Part shown: in pieces, positions 37,888 through 50,325 of the stretch
Layout of the letters: each line of letters begins with the position of its first letter
Position numbering within the stretch: position 1 is the stretch's first letter
Source: Callorhinchus milii
Taxonomy: Eukaryota
NCBI RefSeq assembly: GCF_018977255.1
Contig: NW_024704755.1
Location: 15,748,001 to 15,812,000 of the forward strand
Direction of reading: 5' to 3'
Length of the DNA stretch: 64,000 nucleotides
Notes under the pieces: model-generated
Database searches by the model: none
What the model saw: the letters and a program-made list of their open reading frames with translations, nothing else
Told to the model about the DNA's origin: nothing
Position numbers and translations under genes: made by a program

Positions 37888-37991
37888 CTTCTTACGATGT
37901 AATGGCAATTTCTCGGCTTGCCTTTGGCGTATTCATAATACTACTGTTGGCCGTCGTCATTGTGGACCATTTCAGATTTTTTCATCTTTAA
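37888..37991 (+). CDS. G4 exon 4, Arg-containing TM and short tail (ASYDVMAISRLAFGVFIILLLAVVIVDHFRFFHL*)
   Basis: tttgcag acceptor, phase 1; homologous to the G2 TM exon. Confidence 0.88.
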
Positions 37992-40399
37992 ACGTGAGAC
38001 AGTTATTAACTTTAGTGACTGCAAATGCTTTGATTTTAAAATATTTGCTGAATAACAGCAGGAGCTCAAGTGAGAAATATATGTTCATAGTCATTAAGAT
38101 ATTCTGAGACTTTGTGAAAGGTATTGAAGTTGTGATGTTGAAGCATTTCCAATTGTGTGGTACAGTTCTGCAAATTTGAAAAATGAATTTCTTCATATGG
38201 AGTTCAGTTGAAATTAATGTAACTATCAGCATCATAAAAACAATTTTAAATTTGAACTTCCTCAAGTATCTGTACAGCGGATGATTGGAATAAATGAGCA
38301 AATTAAGTCAAAGATGCAACATTAAGAGTTACATTGAAATGTTAACTGACAATATTCTTTCGGGTTCTGATCTTTTATGCAATGTAATTTCTGTTTTCAT
38401 TTCTGATTTGTGTTTTCGGCATTGATCACTTAACATCATGTTCTCATTTTACAAAGCAGCTTTATCATTTCAGATCTTGATGGAATCAGTGAACTGAAAT
38501 CTGTTAGTGAGAAAACAATAAAACAATAATTGTTGTGGATGCTCAAAATATATTTAAAAAAAGACTATTTTTTATTTAGCGTGATAAAAATTCAATTAAT
38601 TAGCAACGTTCTTGACGCATGAAGAAATATATAAGATCCTGCCATTTAAAACAGACCTGACATAAAACAGTAATTTGTGTCAAATGTAGGAATTAATGAA
38701 ATCAATTATGGGAATAATTATTTAGTAATAATCAGAAATGTTTTCCTTTCTCATAGGCAGAAGCAGTGAGAAATTACTGACTACAAGAAATCAGAATCAA
38801 TGGAGAATGCACATTGCATGTTCCAGTACAGCAGGGGAATAGATAGAATGCGTTGTATACATGGAGAGAAAATCACTACTGTGAAATTCACCAGTGCATT
38901 ACCAAATTACCAAATGATGCAAAATAGTTATTATTGACATCAGCGGTGTTATACAGTATTATAACTACAGATGTGGTTTTATAAAATGTCAAGGTTTCCA
39001 TTTTTAATACATTAAACAGTCTCAAGATCTCAAACAATTTCCAGTTGTCATAACAATTATTTTGAAAAGAAGAACTTAATATTGTAAATTCCCCTAACAC
39101 CTTTTTTCTGACACAGTTACATATAATTACATAGAATAATGAAGTATAAAACAGGGCATTGAACCCAACTTGTTGGTACCGGTGTTTATGCTCTATATGC
39201 GCTTCAATCTCTTCTCAAAACACCTTTATTCCATTCTCCCTTATGTATGCTTACTGAAAGTACAAATCACCAACTGTAAATTAAAGTAAGAACTCTTGTA
39301 TTTTTGTTCAGATGTACTGCAAACGTTTACATTGGATACATTTCAATGAGTATATGAAACATTCCTGGGTGACACAAGGGGAAATAAGTTTGACTAGCAA
39401 AGTTCCGTAAAGATGCACCAATTATTATTCAATATTGCGATATTCAAAAATGCAACCCGCCTGAATAGTGATAGAAATGTGAATATAGAATTCTCTGAAT
39501 TGATGTCAAACATGCTACGATCATATTAGCACACTACGTTTTAGCACAATTATCAGTGGAGAAAATGAAGATTTCAACTATTCTGATAAAATGTGACCTT
39601 GAAGATGATTTTTTTTAAAAAATGGAAAAACCAAAGTGAAGGACCAATGTTCACAAAGCAGAAAACTTGGTTGAAAAAGAATCAGAAAGAGAATAACATA
39701 CTGATTGAGAAGTAACAGTGATATGACATTTAACATTGTTTTTTATAGTTGTACATGTAATAACAATAATAATCCTTGCATTTGATATAGCTCCTTATCA
39801 CGTTATTGAGAGGTCTCAAAGTGCTTCAGATAATATACTGTAAAGTGAAATGACTGTGTATTTCGTGAGTGAAATGCGATAGCCAGTTGTGCACAGCAAT
39901 GTCCCACAAATGTGCAAATCGGAAACGTGATTTAATGATGAAGAGCAGATTGCCAGTGTGTTAACACTTCTGGAAGACTGTTACATAGAAAAATCAGTCC
40001 CCAGAAGCTTCTGTACAACAACTTTGTGTTCCCTAACCCAAACACGTCTTAGAAATAAAATTTAGCAAATATTTTGTTTAGTCCATTTATTTCAGGTGTT
40101 CCCAAATATTGCACTTCCATGAAAGGTAGGTAACAACTTTCAAAACAGCTGGTCGCACATTTCTGAAGGGTGATTGTTTGAATGTAAAAAAAATTTTTAA
40201 AAATAATTATTCGAGAATGTTCTGAATGCATTTTGTATACAATTAATCAAATGCCTCGTTATGCCTTTCACATTATATTCATCCTAATATGTAGCTTTAG
40301 TGCACTGTCACATCAGACACAAATCAAGTGGGTTTCCTCGAAAATACATTTGGAAGAATAAGGTATAAATTTGAAATTTGGATTCTGTAATTTATAAGT

Positions 40400-40490
40400 G
40401 ATCGAGGTTTGCCAACTGTTTCGGTATTTATATCACACTGGATTTGAAAAAATTTCTAAGAGGAGAAGACAGTAGAAATCAGTAAAGTTG
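40400..40490 (+). pseudogene. Relic of ITIM exon A downstream of G4
   Basis: ttatatcacactggatttgaaaa..aagaggag and downstream flank match G6 56990-57150, with a deletion. Confidence 0.7.
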
Positions 40491-41059
40491 AAACACACAA
40501 CATTGAGATATAAATGATTTTATTTGCTATCAATTCTTACCATATTAATAGAGTTAATATTGAATTAATAACTATGAGCTTCTTTGTAGATTGCTGCTAT
40601 TAATAATAATCTTAATCATACTAAAAATAACAATCCTTGATATGATACATTTCGGTAAAATTCTCAGATGTTTCTTTGAATATACTGCAAAGTGAAGTGA
40701 TTGTGTATTTCATGGGCAAACATGGCAACCCATTTTATTTGGGAGTGGTTGGTTAGGACACCTTTTCGAAGAGTGAAATGGGATCTTTAATGAACACACA
40801 ACTGGGCCTCGGTTTAATGCTTCATCTACAGGATGAGACTTTCATCAAAACAACACTGCAATGGAGAGTTAGCATAGAATATATGGGTTCCAAGTCCTGG
40901 AACTTGTAACTCATATATTCTCTGCTAATCGTCTGATGCAGAATCGAGAGTGCTACCAACTCAGCCAGGCTGACACTCAAGGCCAGATTAAGGGTTAAAT
41001 CAGACCACTTTTGGGGGCCCTTTGAACTACACATGCAAAACATGTAACAATACCTTTTT

Positions 41060-41550
41060 AAGATACGTTCTTGGGTGACTTCATTCTTGCAAAGATGTCA
41101 GCTACATGATCAAAACTTCATGTGCTCAATGGACACTAGTGCGAGTCCATTCACGCTATCCTGGATCACTGTTGATTCGGGTGAGTTTTTGATGAGACTC
41201 ATCTTTGAGAACGAGCGTTCACCTTCACAGATGGTTACTGGTAATGTTAAGAACATACGAAAACAACTGCCCTATTTGGAAATGTTGATTCCACCAAGTG
41301 ATTCTATTTAATATACTTTAGCATTTCTCGTGGAGTTTTCTCACGCTTTTTATATGCAACCCAGAAAGTGCACAATCTGATCAACACCATCGACATCAAA
41401 AAAAACAGCACTACTATGATAAGCTCTATTGCTGCAGGACATGACATCTGCTCCCCACAGGCTGCCTATTACATCAACAGACCTCCTGGAGATACGACTC
41501 ATATCTCTAGCTCTGCCCCTTTTGCCATCACTCACGTGCACCAGCCTTAA
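41060..41550 (+). mobile_element. Possible Helitron-like Rep-domain remnant
   Basis: CQLHDQNFMC and MISSIAAGHDICSPQAAYYIN loosely recall Helitron/Helentron Rep motifs (from memory only). Confidence 0.3.
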
Positions 41551-42087
41551 CCGGTGAGTGATGGCAAGAGGGGCGGAGCTGGAGTCATAAGTCCAACTCT
41601 GCCCCTCTTCTCGCTTCTAAGCGCTGCCTCGTGCGTCGAGCAACCTTGAGGGGTAGAGCTGGAGGTACCACTCTCCGCCCAGCGACAGGGACAGTGGTGC
41701 AGCAGGGTGGTAAAGGTATCAATCATAGCCGGGGCCCCTCAGACCTCGGGTCGGTAAGGCATGGTTTACCTATTTATTGGTTAATCCGGCCTTTTTAATA
41801 CATCTAATCTTTTGTCTTCATCAATATCCTATCCTCCCTTCAGACCTGAACACAAGCACAATTAAACAGACCCCTCCACCACTTAGTTAAAGATTTATCT
41901 CCACGTGTGAGCCTTGAGTGCCACAAATTATATAACTCTTAAGGACATAAGTTCACGTAACAGCTGGGCAGCCTCCCAGCCACACACCAGCCATTAGGCC
42001 TAGAACCTCTGGGTTGCCTATAACGCATTTTGCACTGAGCAGGCCTTTACCAACAGAAGCGAAGTTTGAGATTCCTTGGTATTACAG

Positions 42088-42265
42088 ACAAAACAATGGG
42101 AAACCTGTAACTCTGTAGGAACTCTGTTTTGAACTTCTCAGACTCTCAAGAAAACTGAAAACCACAAGAGATACAAAAGCAGAATATGACGAGATACAGT
42201 TGAGGAAATATAAGAGGAGAAAAATAGGATCTACAATGAAGCATGAGCCACAAAATACCCGATAG
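42088..42265 (+). pseudogene. Relic of ITIM/ITSM exon B downstream of G4
   Basis: ttacag|TKQ.. then LNFSDS, KKTENHKR and DTKAEYDEIQLRKYKRR across frameshifts; matches G1/G6 exon B. Confidence 0.75.
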
Positions 42266-42637
42266 ATGGCTCACAAGCTATTTTTATATTGTTTTCATTG
42301 CCTGTCAGAGTCTGGGTATACTCATGTGCAACTGTAGTTTATTGAATCATAAAATAGCACAGCACAAGGCAGACTTGTCGGTGAATCATATCTGTCATGG
42401 TGCTTTTCTCCACATGAACCAATAATCTCATGTCCTGTTCACTCCCCTGAACATTCCGCTTCAAAATCTAAGAATCTATCGTTTTTTTGTTTGCATAGAA
42501 TGCCACATTCTCGGCAACTACGTAAAGAAATTTACACGTAACTGCGTAAACTTCCTATCCGTTCGTTTGACACTTATTTAAAATTGGTGTCCCCCCATCA
42601 CTGACTGAATCAAGAAGTGCAATAAGTATTCATTGTG

Positions 42638-42968
42638 GAGTTCTGTAGCTCAGTGGTTAGAGCACTCACCTTGCAAGCGAGACAGCTGAGTTCAGTTGCA
42701 GGCAGGGCGAAACCTTGGGCAAGTTTCCTTACTCCACACGCCTAATAATAATCCCTCCAAAACAAAACAATAATAAATTGGTCATTTTCAATCCACGACT
42801 GTTTGTGGGACAGTGCTGTGCGCAATTGGCTGCCGCGATTCGCCCACAAGTATACAGTCAATTCACTTTGCAGTATATTCTGTGAAGCGTTTTGAGACAT
42901 CTAGAAGACATGAAAAGTGCTATATCAAATGCAAGGATTACTATTATTATTATTACTACTATTATTAT
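42638..42968 (+). mobile_element. tRNA-derived SINE
   Basis: Head, core, (ATT)n. Confidence 0.85.
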
Positions 42969-43763
42969 GTTTACTCCCTATTTTAGTTTTCATTCAATAA
43001 AATAAAAATTACAAAAAAAGCACTCTTCCCAGTTCAGCCCATGTCACAAGATATATGCTCTCTTCCTTGTCTCTGGTCAGCTCCTTCTCACGCTAAGCAC
43101 CGATAGCATCAACCTTCAGAGACATGTACTCTTGCAGAGCCAGTCCAAAATCTCATCTTGTTTGAACCTTGACTGTCGTTCAAACCTTGCTCTCATTCAC
43201 AGATGATCTCATTCACTCACGTTTCCCTTACCTCTGCAATAATTTATGCCTGTCTCCCTCTCCCCTGGATGCTTATCCATGCCTTTATTGCATCCAGGCT
43301 TCATTAAGTGCTTGCCGGACTGCCCAATCTTGCCTGCAGAGCTTGTAGTTTACTCAGAAATCTGCCTGTCCCTACCAGACTCCACGAGCCTATCACTCCC
43401 ATTCTTGCCTGTTTCCACTGTCTCCCCATCCCTCAGGGTCCACCCCTAAAGTCCTCATTCTCGCATTTAATTCCCTCTATCATCTCGCACTACCCTATCA
43501 CTGCAAACAAACATGAAAGGCGCTATGTACATGTTTTGATGAATTAACTGAGCTGTGCTGCTCACCGGGAAGCTTCCAAGGAGCTTCTAATACTTGCTAT
43601 CCAACTCATGAGGGTTCAAACCCGGGCTTATCAAGTGTCAAATAGTCAATTAGTGAATAAGAATAACCTCGATAAAGCGGGCTTATCTAAAGGTAAAGTG
43701 GCTTCAAGGTTATATGTTTATATGTTGAAAACATTCTGACGTGCTCTGTTCTGGTATGTAGTG

Positions 43764-44120
43764 GAGACCTGTAGCTCAGTGGTTAGAGCACTCGCCTCAC
43801 AAGCAAGAGACCTGGAGTTGATTCCTGGCAGGACAAAATGTTGGCTAAGTTTCCTTACTCCACACGCCTCTGGTTACCTCGCAATAAGTAGGAACTCGGT
43901 TGTTAGTCGATTGTCAGATCACTTTTCCGAGGGTAATAATTCCTTAAATAAACATAATAAATTGCTCACCAATAAACAACTGTTTGTGGGACACTGCTGT
44001 GTAAAATTGGCTGCCGTGTTTCACCCACAAAATATATAGTCAACTTTACAGTATATTCTGTGAAGCTCTGTGAGTCGTTTCAAAGACGTGGTAAGGCACT
44101 ATTTCAAATGCAAGATTATT
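43764..44120 (+). mobile_element. tRNA-derived SINE (longer subtype, like 1306-1683)
   Basis: Head, extra internal segment, core, tail. Confidence 0.8.
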
Positions 44121-46399
44121 CTGTAGCACTGTTGAGCTGCAGCACAGTTTTGAGGGAATGCAGCACTGTCCAATGTGCAATCCTTGAGCTGAAACCATGG
44201 TCTGTTCAATGTCTGTTCCAATGGATGACATGATACCATTCGACCAAAAAATATTTTCCAGGCCAATATCCTTCGATACCAATTGGTCATTAACTTCTTG
44301 AATGTATGTGGGATCTACAGTACAAAATATGGTGGTATTTCAAATTCATGATTTCTCGTCTGACCGTTTATATCGCATAGCATGCTTGGGCTTCCAGACT
44401 TAACAGGAGTTGAGTGGGAAGAATCCATGCCCCCAAAGATGAGGCTCCCAATGAGCAGACTTCTCTGTTTACACTTGACAACAATTACCTGTGAACCACT
44501 TCAACATGAAAGGCACTGTATCAATGTTTTACTACATTTAACTTCAATAACTCAAGACCCTCCTCTTCGTCTGTGCCTTCGGTCGCCCTCTTTACCTCTA
44601 TCCTCCTAACCCTCCACTCTCCATAATGCCAACCCCCAGCTGCGGTCCAATCCTTGACTGTCCAGCACCTGGGGACGTTCTCCCAAAGTGAAAGGCGCTA
44701 AACAAATGTAATGTATTGTTGTTGTTATAAATGGTTCGCTTACACTGACCTGATATGATTGACACATGACCACTTGTCAATCTGGGCTGGACAGCACTGA
44801 CTTAGAGCAGTTTTGAACTTGTGGCAAGTCAAATTACAGAGAGTTTCCACTATAGACATTTGTTTGTCTGACAGGTGTTCTTTACATTTCACAATTAAGT
44901 TGAAGTCCAAAATTAACCATGTGGTCATGCTATCACCTTAAATACCAATGAAACATCAAAATAAGTAGCGCTTCACACTCCAGTTGTTTTATTAAATGTT
45001 TTTCATTGAATAAGAACAGCACACAACCTGTTGCTTCTGACTTAGTTTGAGATTTTGTTTGCGACTCTGTGTCACTATATTTTTGTTCCGCGAGGACACG
45101 GTGAGTTGGAATAAAAAATTGTGAATGTTGACCCAGGGGTGCCCGCAGTGAGTTAGTGCTGGGAGGGAGGGGCCGAGCAGGATATCCTCAGTTTTTTCAA
45201 CATTGGGTTGGAAAAAAGTAAAGCTCATCCTGGAATTGATGTCTGACAGGAACTTTGTCAGACCAACAGGGGTTCTAGAGCTGAGGGTGTTATCAAGGCA
45301 CAGAATATCACGAACACATGCATTTGTATCACGGACGAGGTGTAGGTGAAGAATTCAAGATGAAAAAAGATGTTGGTGACTTCAGATAGCAAGGGAAGAG
45401 AAGCAGCAGCTGGTTGTAGAGCAGCTGTTTGTAAACGGGGGCCAAAGAACCAGTGGTCTTTTTCATGTGGGAGATGAGAGAGGCAGAGATGAGGAAGATA
45501 TTTCATACAGTTCCTTACCACAGCATTGAGATGTCTGAAAGCGCTTCACAGAATATACTGTAAAGTGGATTGACTGTATATTTTGTGATCAAGTTGGAGG
45601 TCAAAGATGTGCGTTGTTAAGGTTGTGGAGTCAGCAGAATTGGAAGAGGTGGGAAGAGGAAGTCCAAGCAGTAGAGATGATTTGGACACCGGGAAATCCA
45701 ATTAACTCATATGTGGTTTCGGAGTCGAGGATGTAGGGAGCATGGGAGATGAAGACGAGTTTGGGATTATCTTATCCTTCAAGATGTTCCTTGGTGTATA
45801 AGAAGTGATAACTTCGATGCATTTTATCCAGACTACGAACTAAAATATTAGTTATGCATCTATTTATTCAATGAACTGAATGTTGATCTTAAGTAAAGAG
45901 TTTGTTTTATCTTGGTGTTACGTATGAAAATTGATTATGAATGTTGGTCTTCATGTGGGAAAAGTCCCTGAAATAAATGGTTATCTTACACCGATCTGAT
46001 ATGATAGACTTTAAGTAAGATTGCCTACATGAGAACAGATCTCACAGAATTAACCCTGGTTGCTGATGACACATAAATGACTCTTGGAGACTGGAAACAG
46101 CTAAGCTTCGCCAGAACTTTCAAGAGAGAAAATAATCAATTCATCAAAGATATTGTCAGCTTTGACGGTTACTTTCAAGCTCATTTTACTGTATTTGCTA
46201 AGAAATAGAAGACACAAGATTCTGTTAGTGCTAGGTAAACAAATGTATTTGCAATACTCCCCCCTCCCCCCACAAAAGAAAGAGGTGAATCCAAACTCCT
46301 GAAATACAGAGACAGGAAGTCTAATGTCACCACCACATGTTTTTTAACTTGAGCTTTTGCTATGCCTTGTTACAGACAAGCATCAGATTGAGGTTCAAG

Positions 46400-46454
46400 A
46401 TGTTGGTGATTTTTCTGCTTCAGCAAGCGTCTCTGATAGGGATGATGTTCACAG
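46400..46454 (+). CDS. G5 exon 1, leader (MLVIFLLQQASLIGMMFT)
   Basis: ATG..g|gtgcgt, phase 1, 55 nt. Confidence 0.85.
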
Positions 46455-46619
46455 GTGCGTGTCTATAATATACCCGATGTTCTGGAAAAGGACATGGAGG
46501 AAGTCGTTTTTATGTAGTTTTATCCATTTACATAGAGAGGACTGGTCTATTTATCAAGATTTGCTCTGTGTAGCTTTTTTTGTCTCTTTCTAATCAGGGT
46601 TTATATTTATTTCTGTTAG

Positions 46620-46940
46620 CTGTTGACGGTACTGCGATCAGAGTGATCCAACTCCCTAAACATGTTGAGGCAACCAGAGGTACAAACATTACCTTCTACT
46701 GTATCTTTCCTATCGATCAACCCAATCCGCGTTTAAAAGTGTACTGGTGGAAGCACGGAAATGATGAATACCTGCAAACAAGGAGTGATAAAAGAAAAAT
46801 ATTTGGATTGGAAAATAAACAAAGAGGCTTCTTCCAACTTCTTAATGTGAGTTTCCATGACTCTGGTGTGTATTACTGTGCTCCTGTACTTCAAGGAAAA
46901 CTGGCAGGAAGCGGACCTGGATCATGTCTAGCTGTACTCG
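46620..46940 (+). CDS. G5 exon 2, VJ-type V domain
   Basis: FYC, YWW, DSGVYYC, GSGPGSCLAVL; 321 nt. Confidence 0.93.
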
Positions 46941-47069
46941 GTAAGTGCTGATGCACAAGTTTCAAATTTCTCAAATTTCAACATGAAACTAAGAATCTAA
47001 AAACGGCGGAGAATATTTTGCAATTATTTGAGAATATGAAGCCTTTACTTTGATGCTTTTTAACTATAT

Positions 47070-47379
47070 AGTCCTGTAGCTCAGTGGTTAGAGCATTCGC
47101 TTTGCAAGCGAGAGACCTGGGTCGATTCCCGGCAGGGTGAAACCTTGGGCAAGTTTCCTTACTTCCACACCCCTGATAATAATCTCTCAAAAAAAGACAA
47201 TAATAAATTTGTCTTTCAAAACAGGACTGTGTGTGGGACACTGCTGTGTGTAATTGGCTGCCGCATTTCACCCACAAATATACAGTCAATTCACTTTACA
47301 GTATATTCTGTGAAGCGCTTTGAGATGCCTAAAAGACGTGAAAAGCGCTACATCAAATGCAAGGATTATTATTATTATT
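47070..47379 (+). mobile_element. tRNA-derived SINE with intact-looking A and B boxes
   Basis: tagctcagtggtt / ggtcgattcc, core, (ATT)n. Confidence 0.88.
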
Positions 47380-48363
47380 GCATCAGTATTTAATTACCTG
47401 CATACCAATTATAATGTCACATGCAAAACACACATATATTTCAATTCAACTTATTTTATCAACTTAGCTCAATTAATTTGCGTTTGTTAAAAGGTTGAGC
47501 TGAAGGTCCATATGCAGTGTCTATTTCTTATTTACAGGATTATATTTTGGAGATTACATTTATAATGTGTTGTATTAAAATGTTATGCATAGTCACCAGC
47601 ATTGACATGCAGTTGACTGAGAGACTGTGTCTCTATTTTATTCTGTCAGGATCATTGAAATACAGGTTTGGCACATACTACAATAAAGATTCCAGAAATT
47701 TACAATTAAGGATCTACATGGTGATTGGTTTGAAAGGCAAATGTTATTACCTCATAGACAGGTTCAACATATCCCCCTCACTATTGTCTATTTAGTTCCC
47801 ATTAAATGTAATATCAACTTCAAAATATTTCTCCCGTTTACTAAGGTCTGATAGAATGAAGCTTATCTGCAGTAGCTATATTTATCTGTGAATGTCTCTG
47901 TAGCAATGGAATTGATTTTCTTTCCCGACTTTCAATCTGCAACTACAGGCCCAGCTGGTTTATTACTATTTCCATCGTTCTCAGTTATATGTACCTGAAT
48001 GATTCGATTATATATTCAGAAGCAATAAATATATATATTCAGAAGCAATAAAAATTAGCAGCCCTCTTCTAAATTATGGAAAAAAATATTTTACTGAGTG
48101 GTAATTCAAACATTGTACTTCAGAGAGGATTGATACGCACAAGCTCTTTGTGTTACCATTTGCCACTCCCTGATAATAACTCATTCACAATTGAAAACGT
48201 TGATAGATTCCGGTGCCAAAGTTATAAGTTAACCAAATAATAGTTTGGAAAATATAAATGAATAAACCAGAATTAAAAGTGTTGCAGAGAAATGAATTGG
48301 ATACCTATCAAATTATATGATGTGCAATATGATATACTAGAAAAAGTAGTAAACAGTAAGGAA

Positions 48364-48666
48364 CACTGGCGGGTGGATCGGTAACCCGAGGACACTGATT
48401 TAAAATAGTTGTTAAAAGAAACAGAGTGGAGATGAGGAGAAATGTTTTCACACAGCGAGTTGTTGAGATCTGGAATGTATTGCCTGAAAGGCCGGTGGAA
48501 GCCAATTCAATAACAACTTTTAAGAGAGAAGTGGATTAATATTTGGGGAAGACAAGTTTGTAGGGCTATGGGGAGAGAGTGGGGAGTGGGATTGAATTGA
48601 ATTTTCAAAGAGACACGATGAGCCAAATGCCTCCTCCTGTGCTGTATAATTCTATGATTCTATGAT
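48364..48666 (+). mobile_element. CR1 3' fragment
   Basis: FTQRVVEIWNVLPE..; ends attctatgattctatgat. Confidence 0.85.
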
Positions 48667-48752
48667 AAACAAACTATGTTCCTAAATTCCTAATGTTAGT
48701 GCCCCCAACTGAGCGGAAGTGACTTGATTCTGGTCCATTATCCATCCTACAG

Positions 48753-49064
48753 CTCTGCCCACTCCACTGAAGATTTTCTCCAGGGTTCCCGAAAGATTTT
48801 CATCTGCCTTTCTGGTACTTGTGTGTGAAACTGCCATGTTTTACCCAGAGAATCTCAATCTCTCATGGTACAAAAATGGCATTGAGATATCATCTGGAAT
48901 AACTATCACTAAGCAGCAGAATGCCGAAGGACTGTATGAAGCCTCCAGCTCTATAACAGAGACACAGACTGTCAGAACAGAGACAGTATATACTTGTCAA
49001 GTATCTCACCCCAGCCTCCAGAGTCCAGGAATTGCCAACTATACGGTTAACTTGTTTGATGCAG
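48753..49064 (+). CDS. G5 exon 3, C1 domain
   Basis: LVCETAMFYPENLNLSWYKNG..YTCQVSHPSL; 312 nt, phase 1-1. Confidence 0.92.
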
Positions 49065-50213
49065 GTAGGAAACCAACAATCTCATTGTCTGCTACATTTT
49101 CACAGGAATATTTCCATATATTCATCAAATTAGTTATATAATTTGTTTCATGAAAATTCACTATAAATCTGGAAAATAATCTGGAAAATAATTAAGTTTT
49201 AAAGACTTATCTACATGACTTCCTTTCCTGAAGCTATTCGCCAGTGGTCTTAGTCTCAAATAATTTTAACTACTCATAAAGAAACAATTCCTAATTTTAA
49301 TTAACATTGCAAATCAGTCATGCAAGTAATGCATAGTCAATCCGCTTGAAAATATATTCTATGAAACACTTTGAGACGTCGCAACAAAATGACAAGAAGC
49401 TGTATCAAATGAAAGTTTTTTTATATAATGTTAAACTTCCATGGAATTACATTCCAATTAACTCATTTAAATTATTTAATCTGCACTTGCGGTTTGCCTG
49501 ATCGTGAGAGTTGCTGAAAGGTGTCATAAAATACAGCTGCCAGACTCTCCGCAAAGTAACTTGTAAACTGTTTTCAGTCCACAGCAAAATTATTGGTTTA
49601 CTAAATGGACAGGTACATTTTTGACTTTATTTCATATAAAGTTGGTGCTGTTGGAGTTCTTGTGTCTAAAATATTTTTCTTTAACTGTCACATTTAGTTC
49701 AAAATCCAAAATGGTGCATGCCTTCATGCTGTTTTGCAGGAACACATCATAAATTATTCACCTCTCAGTCTAGGCATTCAGCTATGTTTTAGTTGAACGC
49801 CTTCACGATAAGCGCGAAGTACATAAGAACATAAGAAATGCTAGACAGAAAAAGACCAAGATCCATCTAGTTTGCCTTCCACTTTCCTGGCGGTCGCATG
49901 CACATATGTCCCGAACTACCTATGTACTATATCCCATAATGTTATTTCCTAAAGGAAAACTATCTAATCTGTATTTGTAACTTCCTTTACTTCTGAAATG
50001 GTCTTTGGAACTACCCTTTGCATTAAATCCTATGCAGCACTGTGAGACACTCTCCCAACGTGAAAGGCGCTATATCATATGTCAGGATTACAAGAACATA
50101 AGTCTCACTGTTCGAAACACTGATTGTCCACCACGGTGGGATGTCTTCCCGCTGTGAAAGACGCTATACAAATGTAATTTTGTGTTTGTTGTTGTTCTAT
50201 CGTTACTTTGTAG

Positions 50214-50325
50214 GTTTTGATGATAAACCTTATGCTATTGCAATATCCGATTTACATTGAGCATGTTACTAATCCTGATCTTGGCCATCATCATTGTGGA
50301 CCATTTCAGAAAAAACCCTCTTTAA
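50214..50325 (+). pseudogene. G5 exon 4, TM exon with a 1-nt deletion (as read: GFDDKPYAIAISDLH*)
   Basis: Adding one C at 50248 restores ..AISRFTLSMLLILILAIIIVDHFRKNPL*. Confidence 0.82.
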
